Shown here piece after piece: positions 28,213 through 36,277 of a DNA stretch of 64,000 nt; position 1 is the first letter of the stretch, and every line of letters starts with the position of its first letter. This DNA is from an uncultured Pseudomonadales bacterium (lineage in GTDB: Bacteria > Patescibacteriota > Microgenomatia > UBA1400 > PJMF01). Location of the stretch: positions 96,565 to 160,564 of the forward strand of contig CAYOQI010000002.1 of the NCBI GenBank assembly GCA_964406075.1. The letters are read 5' to 3'. The notes under the pieces are model-generated. The model was not told the DNA's origin. It made no database searches and saw only the letters and a list, made by a program, of their open reading frames with translations. The translations under genes and the position numbers were made by a program.

Positions 28213-29379
28213 ATGCTGACGCACCGTACCAAAATAGCCATCTCGATCATTGGTGGAGTGATACTCGGATGTAGTTTCCTCGCTTGTGTGATCTTTTTTT
28301 TCGGCTATCGCAGTTACCAAAGCATGTTTGTCAGTACCACTCAACCTACACCTATTACTCAGAACGTTGAAATTTCTCCATCACCTACTCCAACTCCCGA
28401 TCCGCTTGCTCCTTTTGGTGTACTCGTTATGGGATTCGGAGGTGGAACACACGACGGTGGATATCTGACCGATACAATGATGGTGGCGTACATCGAACCA
28501 AGAGCAGAAAAAGTTACTTTAATTTCACTTCCTCGTGATTTATGGGTTCCTTTAAAAATCACTGAAGCTGAACAAAAACCGTTCAAAATTAATGCTGCGT
28601 ATGCCATCGGTCGTGATGATCGCCGCTATGCAAATAAACCAATCGAATTCACTGGTGAAGGCGGTGGTGGTTCAATGGCAAAAAAAATTGTGGCTGATGT
28701 CACCGGTCTTCCAGTAAAATACTTTGTTGCTTTAAGTTTTGATGGATTTGTCAAATCAATCGATGTGATCGGTGGCGTGCCCGTTCAAGTGCCTGTGACC
28801 TTTGATGATCCGCTGTACCCGATTGAAGAAAAAAAGAATGACACCTGTGGGATTTCCGAAGAAGAACTAGTTGCGCGAACAGCAACACTATCAGGACAAA
28901 AGCTTGAACAATCTTTCCCGTGCCGATATGAACAACTTCATTTTGATAAGGGTCTTCAAACTCTGGATGGTAGTACTGCGCTGAAGTACGTTCGCTCCCG
29001 TCACTCCAATCAATACGGTGGTGACTTTGCTCGTTCTGAACGTCAAAAAACCGTCATCTCTGGTGTCAAAAACCAGGTTTTCACTTTACAATTTTTACCG
29101 AAACTCATTCCGTTTATTTCAACATTAACTCGTGACATGCAAACTGATATTCCTTTGGATACGATACGTGAGTGGGTGACAAATTCTGAAGAATATAGAA
29201 GCTTTGAAATCAATTCAATCGCTATTACTGAACAAAACGTTTTGGAATATGGATACAGTAGCGATCGTCAATATATTCTCAAACCAAAAGCCGGAGAATT
29301 TGATTGGAGTGGTATACAAAATTTTATTCAAACTGAGTTAGGTCCAAACAACTCAATAAATCAAACACTTGAAATGTAA
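28213..29379 (+). CDS. LytR-CpsA-Psr (LCP) family cell-wall glycopolymer ligase
   Basis: N-terminal TM, LISLPRDLWVPL, ALKYVRSRH. Start set at ATG 28213 (TATACT 7 nt upstream) rather than GTG 28111. Confidence 0.85.
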   Translation: MLTHRTKIAISIIGGVILGCSFLACVIFFFGYRSYQSMFVSTTQPTPITQNVEISPSPTPTPDPLAPFGVLVMGFGGGTHDGGYLTDTMMVAYIEPRAEKVTLISLPRDLWVPLKITEAEQKPFKINAAYAIGRDDRRYANKPIEFTGEGGGGSMAKKIVADVTGLPVKYFVALSFDGFVKSIDVIGGVPVQVPVTFDDPLYPIEEKKNDTCGISEEELVARTATLSGQKLEQSFPCRYEQLHFDKGLQTLDGSTALKYVRSRHSNQYGGDFARSERQKTVISGVKNQVFTLQFLPKLIPFISTLTRDMQTDIPLDTIREWVTNSEEYRSFEINSIAITEQNVLEYGYSSDRQYILKPKAGEFDWSGIQNFIQTELGPNNSINQTLEM

Positions 29380-29417
29380 GAAGGCTCTAGTACACTGAAT
29401 ATGTAGCAAATATTCAT

Positions 29418-29990
29418 ATGCCGGCTAAAAGCATTCGCAGAAAAAAAATTCCTCAAAAATATTATTTGCTTTCTTCTTTTTTATTGCTTGTGTTTCTTGG
29501 TCTTGTTTTAACACTCTTTATGACGAGCGAACTATTTCGTTCAAGAGATGTTCGTAGCCAAGCCTCCGTCTATATATCAACACCCACACCACTACCAACC
29601 TGCCGAGATACCCAACACACCGCTTGTCCTGACAACACTTGTTACGGCACATCGAAAGATGGCATTAGCGGATGTTATCCGACGGGAACAGCCTTAAAAT
29701 TCCCAGATGGTTCATGTAAGGTTTGTAATAGAAATAATGCTGTTTGCCAATGGGGATATTCAGGTAATCCTGATTATTGTCTAGAAACAGAAGGAACTTA
29801 TTGTAAGGCCGCTAGTGGGCCTTGTGGCAAAAATTTATGCTATGGACTGAACTCCGAAGGAAAATATGTCTGTACTCGGTTGAGCGCTTCAATGAAAGGT
29901 TCCGATGGACAATGCTATAAATGCGTGGGTACGAACAATACTTGTGGTTACGAAAGCCAAGATGAAAAATTCTGTGCTGGGATGAAGTAA
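29418..29990 (+). CDS. Secreted/anchored Cys-rich protein with two tandem ~55-aa modules (hypothetical)
   Basis: N-terminal TM, then two copies of C-x4-C-Y-G-x6-C...DG-x-C-x2-C-x4-5-C...C. Confidence 0.65.
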   Translation: MPAKSIRRKKIPQKYYLLSSFLLLVFLGLVLTLFMTSELFRSRDVRSQASVYISTPTPLPTCRDTQHTACPDNTCYGTSKDGISGCYPTGTALKFPDGSCKVCNRNNAVCQWGYSGNPDYCLETEGTYCKAASGPCGKNLCYGLNSEGKYVCTRLSASMKGSDGQCYKCVGTNNTCGYESQDEKFCAGMK

Positions 29991-30010
29991 AAAAGGACTG
30001 GATTATTTCT

Positions 30011-30463
30011 TCAAAATTTCTCTCGGATTATTTTCTCCACAACTGTTGGTAATCGATATTCTTTTCCAATTTTTTTCAAATCAACAAAACTAACCCCTTC
30101 AATATCTTTCTCTGTCGGTTTTTCTAAATTACCTATTAAATCTGCTCGATAAAAAATCTGAAGTGTTTGATGAAAGCTTCCTTTCCTGTGATAGAAAAAT
30201 CCTATATGAGTTCCTAATAATTTTCCTATCTTAATCTTAGCCCCACCTTCTTCCATTGCTTCCCTGTAAAGGGCTTCTTCAATTGTTTCACCAAACTCAA
30301 TTCCTCCTCCAATAATGTCATGAAGTTTCTCTAGCATGTTTTTAATTATCAGTAATTGATTATCTCTCACAACTAAGGCATACACTGATACTCTCCAACT
30401 TATTCCTGATCCATCGTATTCCACGATTTCATTATCTGCATTTAAAAAAATTTTGTTTTCCAT
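30011..30463 (-). CDS. NUDIX hydrolase
   Basis: Nudix box GGGIEFGETIEEALYREAMEEGG. Confidence 0.85.
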   Translation of the reverse strand: MENKIFLNADNEIVEYDGSGISWRVSVYALVVRDNQLLIIKNMLEKLHDIIGGGIEFGETIEEALYREAMEEGGAKIKIGKLLGTHIGFFYHRKGSFHQTLQIFYRADLIGNLEKPTEKDIEGVSFVDLKKIGKEYRLPTVVEKIIREKF

Positions 30464-30465
30464 AA

Positions 30466-30942
30466 TTATTCCTTTAAAAATCCTGACTCTTTATGTTTTT
30501 CAATTGGTGTTCCTTGTAGGAATATCTTTTTACATTCATCGGCTAATACACCTCGCGTGATTTCAAAATGGAACTTAGGTTGTTTGAAAAAAGGTGGAAG
30601 ATGATTTTGTAAATCCAAGCAACCACTCTCATCTAAATCAATTCCTGTGACCACTTTTTTTATTTTACTTAAAACAATTGCACCAAAACACATTGGGCAT
30701 GGTTCATAAGTTGAATAGAGAATTGCTTCACCTCTATGACTTTCTAAAATATCTTTCACATCTGTAAGAGCTTTGATCTCAGCATGTGCTAGCCGGTTTT
30801 TATCTGAATATCCAGTATTATTTGCCCTCGCAATAACTTCACCATTTAGAACAATCACACATCCAATCGGCCAGTTACCTTCTTGTAAAGCTAACTCAGC
30901 TTCCTTCAATGCCTCTTGCATAAACAGTTCGTCTTTTGTCAT
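30466..30942 (-). CDS. Zinc-dependent nucleoside/nucleotide deaminase (TadA/guanine deaminase-like CDA fold)
   Basis: HAEIKAL and PCPMCFGAI motifs; 158 aa. Confidence 0.8.
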   Translation of the reverse strand: MTKDELFMQEALKEAELALQEGNWPIGCVIVLNGEVIARANNTGYSDKNRLAHAEIKALTDVKDILESHRGEAILYSTYEPCPMCFGAIVLSKIKKVVTGIDLDESGCLDLQNHLPPFFKQPKFHFEITRGVLADECKKIFLQGTPIEKHKESGFLKE

Positions 30943-31018
30943 GTCTTCCTTTTCTCTCCCCTTTGGGAGAGACCATCAAGATGATAGTCCTGATGAAGAG
31001 AGGGGTATATTTCCCTAA
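30943..31018 (-). repeat. Intercistronic two-hairpin element, copy B
   Basis: Transcribed strand: AGGG-AAATATAC-CCCT CTCTTCATC [19-nt extra CATCA..TGATG hairpin] TCTCTCCC-AAAG-GGGAGAGA AAAGGAAGAC ATG. It starts directly after the stop of 31019..32467. Confidence 0.7.
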
Positions 31019-32467
31019 CTAATTTTGCTTTTTAAATTGATACACTCTCATATTTTCACCACACAAAATTGTATCTTGAAGTTCTTTTTCACCAAATAAT
31101 GTTAGCTCATGATAAGCAGTAGTGGCTGGATCAAAATCAGCTTTATCGGCCACCACCAGCATCTTATCACTCATGCCAGGATTTGTTGAAATATCTCGAG
31201 TGAAACATCCATGTTTATTAAAAAAGAAACTGTAGTCATATCCCGAATGAAAATCATGCCAAGCCTGTGCTGACAGATACATTGGTTCTGTATATTGTGC
31301 GCAGACTTTTTCAGCACAAGTTTCCAAATCAGAGATAGTTCGATGTGGCGCACGAGTAAACTCAGTGGTGATAATTCCACTCCAATAAAATAGTAATACC
31401 ATTGCAATCAACACTTTCCATATTTCGGGTAGGTTCATAACAATAAAAAGAAACAGTACGATAAACCCTAAAACATAATGGGAATGAAATTCATCAATAA
31501 ATAATGTTGATGAAATATAGCTACATACAAAAATAAATATAAGTTTCAGTACATTTTTCTTTCTTTTTTCTGGCAGTTGAAATATTCCTACAACTAATAG
31601 AATTAAAATAATAAATACAGCTCGCATACTGACTGTACGAACTTCTTTAAACCCCACTAACTGCACAAGTCCACTATCAATCAGAGATAAAAACGGTACG
31701 GTTTGATTTGATCTTTCGAATTGTAAAACTTGTTTTGTTAATAAAAAGTCATAACGAAGCTCAAACAGAATATGTGGCAGAAAAACGATCAGAAATGAAC
31801 CTACAAGCGATGAAAGGAAGAAAAGTCTTTTTTCTTTTGGAAGGGAAAATAAAAACATCAGAATGACGAAAAAAAGTATTGGGATTACCGCATAGGTCAT
31901 CCCAACTGCAAAGCTAAAACAGAGTGCTGAAAGTACAATGAACTTTTTTGATATGTCACCTTCATCTAATAATTTCCAAAATATTCCAATTCCTACAATC
32001 AAAAAGGGTACCGCAAACGCCGGATTCCAAGTTGATCGTTGTTGTTCTAATACAAATGGATGAAACAAATACAAAAGACTGAAGAAAATGAATGGGACAA
32101 GCTTAGTAAAAACTTTTTGTGAAGATTGATCGTTTTTAATTTGCCGAAATAAAATGAATGACGCAATAATATTTAAACCAATACCAGTGAATGCTGTGGT
32201 CAATGGTGAATATGAAGTGAGAATAAATACTGGAAGATTGAGGTAAAAATACCAGGCCGATTGATTAAAGGGTAACTGACTATTTCCCGGACCAAGCAAA
32301 GTAGGCTTTCGCTCTTGCACCATCTCCATCAGCATCTCGTGATCACGACCAATATCTCCCCAAAAATACAATGTTTCGGGTAAACGATACAGTCGTAAAA
32401 AGATAAAACTGAATATAGTTATTCCAAATATCCAAAATGAAGATTGTCTGAGGATTTTTTTTTCCAT
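31019..32467 (-). CDS. Polytopic GT-C-like (ArnT/PMT-like) membrane protein
   Basis: 482 aa with more than 10 TM. First-loop motif GDIGRDHEMLMEM...LGP...YFYLNLP is shared with the paralog at 46999..48429. Confidence 0.5.
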   Translation of the reverse strand: MEKKILRQSSFWIFGITIFSFIFLRLYRLPETLYFWGDIGRDHEMLMEMVQERKPTLLGPGNSQLPFNQSAWYFYLNLPVFILTSYSPLTTAFTGIGLNIIASFILFRQIKNDQSSQKVFTKLVPFIFFSLLYLFHPFVLEQQRSTWNPAFAVPFLIVGIGIFWKLLDEGDISKKFIVLSALCFSFAVGMTYAVIPILFFVILMFLFSLPKEKRLFFLSSLVGSFLIVFLPHILFELRYDFLLTKQVLQFERSNQTVPFLSLIDSGLVQLVGFKEVRTVSMRAVFIILILLVVGIFQLPEKRKKNVLKLIFIFVCSYISSTLFIDEFHSHYVLGFIVLFLFIVMNLPEIWKVLIAMVLLFYWSGIITTEFTRAPHRTISDLETCAEKVCAQYTEPMYLSAQAWHDFHSGYDYSFFFNKHGCFTRDISTNPGMSDKMLVVADKADFDPATTAYHELTLFGEKELQDTILCGENMRVYQFKKQN

Positions 32468-32468
32468 C

Positions 32469-32939
32469 TCAATCAGATAACTCTAACATGTATTTCTTCA
32501 ACTCTTCAAAATTTGTGTACACGATCCCGTTTAATCCTGCTTCACGTGCTGCTTCTACATTTGATGGTGTGTCATCTATAAATAAAATTTCTGACGGTGG
32601 TTTTCCAATTTTCTGAGCTATTACTTCATACGCATAAAGATCTCTTTTATTTAATCCTAAATCTCCCGCTGAAAAAATTTCTTTAAATAAAGGTTGAAGT
32701 CTTTGCTGTAAATATGAATCATTTTGAATAAATCCACTCGTAAAAATGTATAACTCTTTTGAGTTTTTGATCGTTTCTAAATACGATAATAATTCTTCAT
32801 TCAATCGAAAATTTTCTTGGAATTTAAATTCCGGTAAGTCTTTAATCAATTTATACTTTTGATTTAATTCCCCAGAATATATTTGATCAGCTGGAAATAA
32901 TAAGACTCTAGAAAAATCAAAAAGGTAAGTTGTGATCAT
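32469..32939 (-). CDS. HAD-superfamily hydrolase
   Basis: Motif I FDFSRVL and motif IV LFIDDTPSNVEAAREAGLNG. Start set at the internal ATG (MITTYLFDF). Confidence 0.75.
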   Translation of the reverse strand: MITTYLFDFSRVLLFPADQIYSGELNQKYKLIKDLPEFKFQENFRLNEELLSYLETIKNSKELYIFTSGFIQNDSYLQQRLQPLFKEIFSAGDLGLNKRDLYAYEVIAQKIGKPPSEILFIDDTPSNVEAAREAGLNGIVYTNFEELKKYMLELSD

Positions 32940-32961
32940 ATAATTAATATTGAAATAAGTT

Positions 32962-33597
32962 TTATTTTTTAACTTCGATAATCTGATACCAATCATCCTT
33001 CACATGGACATACTGTGAATCTGTTAACAAAACTAACGGGACTTGATCGATTTTATACGCAGTTTCCATCCTACTTTCTAAATATTTTTTTCTGAAACCA
33101 ACTGATCCCCAATGAGGTAAAATCGTAAAATTTACAAAATTATAAGCATCAGCATCAATTGAATCCTTATCCATAGGTTCGTCTAACACGATCAAATATT
33201 CAGGAAGTTTGGGTCCGGCAATAATCGAGCCAGCACTCGTTCCGATATACACCTTTTCTTGATTATTCACTAAATCTTGAATTACTAAAATGAACCCACT
33301 CTTCTGGGATTGTTGAAGTAAATAGAAGGTATTTCCACCTTCGACATAAATAAATTGATATTGATCTAAATCTTTTCTCAATTCACTTTCAGTTTTATTG
33401 GTAATGGTGTAATCTGTCACCTCAAAACCAGCATCTATTAATGCCTGCCGATCATCCTTCACCCATTGCTTGTCACCATGTTCTACTTCCGCAGCAGTCA
33501 GAATGAAAACCAATTTATTTCCTTTCGAAAAATCTACGTGTTTAACCAAATCATGAACCACTTCATCTACACTGGAAGTTAAAAAAAGTTGTTTCAT
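32962..33597 (-). CDS. Peptidase E-like (S51) / class I glutamine amidotransferase-like protein
   Basis: MKQLFLTSS..., nucleophile motif GTSAGSIIAG, HWG. Start is at an ATGA overlap with the upstream gene. Confidence 0.7.
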   Translation of the reverse strand: MKQLFLTSSVDEVVHDLVKHVDFSKGNKLVFILTAAEVEHGDKQWVKDDRQALIDAGFEVTDYTITNKTESELRKDLDQYQFIYVEGGNTFYLLQQSQKSGFILVIQDLVNNQEKVYIGTSAGSIIAGPKLPEYLIVLDEPMDKDSIDADAYNFVNFTILPHWGSVGFRKKYLESRMETAYKIDQVPLVLLTDSQYVHVKDDWYQIIEVKK

Positions 33598-34049
33598 AAA
33601 ATTCCTTTCACCCACATCACTCCAAAATAAATTGAGGTAATGATTGAAATGACTGCAACACATTGCCACACAATTTGATATAGAAACCAAACTGAATCAT
33701 TTTTGACGATTGAATAACCTCTCAATTTCTGTGGTGGATTTCGTTCAATCGTAGAAAATTGTTGATTAAACCAATAAATACTTTCTCCAAAACTTCTCAC
33801 CACCCAAAAGACACTGAATGTTAAACAGAATAAAACAAAATCCGAAAGAAAAAGTGTAACAATTGAAGTTAGGAACCAAAACGGTCCGAAAATCAGCCCA
33901 TCTCCCCATACAAAAACACCTAACGGTGATAAGGCAGGGGTTTCTTCAAACACATTATTTTTTTTGCTTGATTCAAAAAAAGATTTTAAGGAGATAAAAA
34001 GAGAAAGTAATGCTAAAACGATGAGTGTTACCGATTGCCACATAAACAT
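33594..34049 (-). CDS. Four-TM membrane protein (hypothetical)
   Basis: Hydrophobic ORF. ATG 34049 has TGGTACAAT 8 nt upstream, so the TTG-extended track start was rejected. Confidence 0.6.
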   Translation of the reverse strand: MFMWQSVTLIVLALLSLFISLKSFFESSKKNNVFEETPALSPLGVFVWGDGLIFGPFWFLTSIVTLFLSDFVLFCLTFSVFWVVRSFGESIYWFNQQFSTIERNPPQKLRGYSIVKNDSVWFLYQIVWQCVAVISIITSIYFGVMWVKGIL

Positions 34050-34057
34050 ATTTTTGA

Positions 34058-34066
34058 ATTGTACCA
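34058..34066 (-). promoter_or_regulatory. Extended -10 box TGGTACAAT, 8 nt upstream of ATG 34049
   Basis: Minus strand reads TGGTACAAT-TCAAAAAT-ATG. Confidence 0.5.
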
Positions 34067-34141
34067 GACTATACAATGATATTGATCACTCTCATTTGTT
34101 CATACATATAGTATTGAGATTAATCCTGCTACCATAGCTTT

Positions 34142-34483
34142 ATGGAACAAACACTTCTCTGTCCTACCTGCCATACCACAATATTGCCCACCTACTACTT
34201 TTGCTACAACTGTGGCAAAAATCTCAAACCCGTTCCACCCCCTACTTCAGTTCCACGCATAATTCTGCTGTTTCTCGGAAGTATCATTTTGGCACCACTT
34301 GGAATCGTGTGGGGTGTTCGTTACTTGCGTCAACCTGATCGAAAAGCAAGGATAATTGGAATTATTGCCATCGTACTTACGCTTTTATCTTTTGTAATTG
34401 CTACGAAAGTTACAATCGATTACTTAAATAAAGTGAACGAAGAAGTGACCAAACAAATGAATAGCATGCAAGGGTTTTACTAA
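34142..34483 (+). CDS. Zinc-ribbon membrane protein (hypothetical)
   Basis: CPTC-x15-CYNC zinc ribbon followed by two TM helices. Confidence 0.6.
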   Translation: MEQTLLCPTCHTTILPTYYFCYNCGKNLKPVPPPTSVPRIILLFLGSIILAPLGIVWGVRYLRQPDRKARIIGIIAIVLTLLSFVIATKVTIDYLNKVNEEVTKQMNSMQGFY

Positions 34484-34600
34484 GATTTTCTCCTCCAAAC
34501 AGTTCTTTCAATTATTCATTTTCTTCTGATATAGAGTTGAAAAATCAATGACTATAGGATATAATTCCTGCTTCGCTTTTTTAAAGCTGGAGAAGAGAAA

Positions 34601-34978
34601 ATGGGTAGTCAAGCACTAGGAAATGAAATGGATCTTCCAATAAATATGATTGTAATGATTCTGGGTGAGGAATCTCCCAAAGATTCCAATCATGAAGCCC
34701 TAATTCGTCCAGAAATGCAAAAAGATTATGAAGAAAGGGGTTGGCGAAAAGCCAACGATCAAGAACGAGTCTTATATTTTGCTCGTAAAACAGATCAACG
34801 CCCACTCTACATTTTCTTGGAAACTGGAACAAAAAAAATGGTCTCCTCACAAAGTGCATCAAAATTCGCACATGATCCACAATGGAGAAAAGCCTCTCAC
34901 GAGGAGAGAGATTCATTTATGCGTACTAATCAGTACCAGCCTAAAAAGCGCAAAACAAAAAAGGACAAAAAAGACTAA
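34601..34978 (+). CDS. hypothetical charged protein
   Basis: SD GGAGAAG lies upstream of the ATG and a canonical terminator lies downstream. Preferred over the overlapping frames 34581..34916(-) and 34728..35120(+). Confidence 0.55.
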   Translation: MGSQALGNEMDLPINMIVMILGEESPKDSNHEALIRPEMQKDYEERGWRKANDQERVLYFARKTDQRPLYIFLETGTKKMVSSQSASKFAHDPQWRKASHEERDSFMRTNQYQPKKRKTKKDKKD

Positions 34979-35011
34979 ACGTCTAAATTTGTCCCAAAGG
35001 TTTCCTTATAT

Positions 35012-35044
35012 AAACCGGCGTTCAGCGAAGCGCCGGTTTTTTTT
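35012..35044. terminator. Rho-independent terminator between convergent genes (bidirectional candidate)
   Basis: AAA-CCGGCG-ttcagcgaag-CGCCGG-TTTTTTTT. Confidence 0.85.
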
Positions 35045-35063
35045 GCCTTTTTTATTCACTAAT

Positions 35064-35276
35064 TTATTCTGGCTGTCCTTGATTGACATTGACGTCAATT
35101 TGTTCTGGGACAGTAATTGACGGTGAACTACTTCTCATAGAATTACTAATAGCTGGTAGTCCATATACGAAAAATAAGACACCAAAAACAAGCAGTACTA
35201 CTGCAGTGAGTAAATAGCCCATCCCATTACTTGAATCCTGAGGTACAGCTGCAGGTGTGTTGACAATTGTTGCCAT
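35064..35276 (-). CDS. Small single-TM protein (hypothetical)
   Basis: 70 aa with SD AAAGGAAAG and central TM GYLLTAVVLLVFGVLFFVYGL. Confidence 0.6.
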   Translation of the reverse strand: MATIVNTPAAVPQDSSNGMGYLLTAVVLLVFGVLFFVYGLPAISNSMRSSSPSITVPEQIDVNVNQGQPE

Positions 35277-35383
35277 ACTTTCCTTTCAAAAAAATTAATA
35301 TCATAAGTGATTAACTATCTACTTTAGTACGGTGAAGTGTTAGTAAATGAAAAAATGAGTCAGAAAAATGTAAGAAATAATAT

Positions 35384-35527
35384 TTAACTAAGAATACCTA
35401 ATCCAAGCAGTCCGACGATAATAAGATAAATCGCAATTAAGTAATTTAGAAACTTTGGAAAAATTAAGATTAATATTCCAAAAAGGAGTGACGTTAAGGG
35501 GCTTAAGGTTGAAAATGATAATTCCAT
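35384..35527 (-). CDS. DUF3096-like small membrane protein (47 aa, not in ORF track)
   Basis: Own translation: MELSFSTLSPLTSLLFGILILIFPKFLNYLIAIYLIIVGLLGLGILS. The ILIFPK.LNY..AIYLI..G motif resembles DUF3096. Confidence 0.6.
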   Translation of the reverse strand: MELSFSTLSPLTSLLFGILILIFPKFLNYLIAIYLIIVGLLGLGILS

Positions 35528-35674
35528 ATGCATTCCTGTTATATATTTTAAGATCTAAACATGATTCTAGAAGTTAGGATATATAATTATCAAAATAATT
35601 GAGTAAGAGAAGTGTAAAGATTCATTACAAAAACAATAATTAATACAAACTTGTACCGTCAACTCATAACCTTT

Positions 35675-36211
35675 ATGAAAAAAATGTATCTTTTTTTTAT
35701 TATTGGAGGAATTTTCGTTTTTGGTCTAGCAGGAATTGCCGGAAAGCTTTTATTAGCAAAAGTGTCAGATGACCATTCAGTTCATCACCATGCCGGATTC
35801 CAAATTTATCTCGATGGGGAAAAACAAAATTTCACTTCTATTCGTTATATGTCGATTGTCCCATGTGGAGACAATGACCACGATCTAACTCCAGAAGAAA
35901 AACAATTAGCAAAAGCACATTTACATGAAGGTGTTGAAGACGTTGTACATGTTCACGCAGCAGGAGCAACCTGGGGTGACTTACTGAAAAACCTTAAGTT
36001 TAACTGGGATCAATCCAAAGAAATTTCAGCATATGATCCTGATAATAAAATTGAGGATATTTTAAACCGACCAATTGAAGCTGATCAAAGCATTATCATT
36101 GTCATAGGCGACCAAGCAAGTGCCTCTGCATATTTGCAAGATAAGGTGACGATTGAAAAAATTAAAGAGGTTGAACAACAGAGTGAGTTATGTGGTGATA
36201 CAAAAAAATAA
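35675..36211 (+). CDS. Membrane-anchored His-rich protein (hypothetical, putative metal-binding)
   Basis: N-terminal TM, then HSVHHHAGFQIYLDGE and HLHEGVEDVVHVHAAG motifs. Start set at ATG 35675. Confidence 0.55.
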   Translation: MKKMYLFFIIGGIFVFGLAGIAGKLLLAKVSDDHSVHHHAGFQIYLDGEKQNFTSIRYMSIVPCGDNDHDLTPEEKQLAKAHLHEGVEDVVHVHAAGATWGDLLKNLKFNWDQSKEISAYDPDNKIEDILNRPIEADQSIIIVIGDQASASAYLQDKVTIEKIKEVEQQSELCGDTKK

Positions 36212-36277
36212 TTACTGGATACATGAGTCATATAAATAACTCCCCCTTGCAATTCAGTTCATGAAAGTATAATTTTA

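Noticed and set aside
34581-35120. Alternative ORFs 34581..34916(-) and 34728..35120(+) overlapping 34601..34978(+)
   Set aside because: Only the 34601 frame has both an SD (GGAGAAG) and a canonical terminator just downstream. The 34728 frame reads through that terminator, and the minus frame has no start signals.
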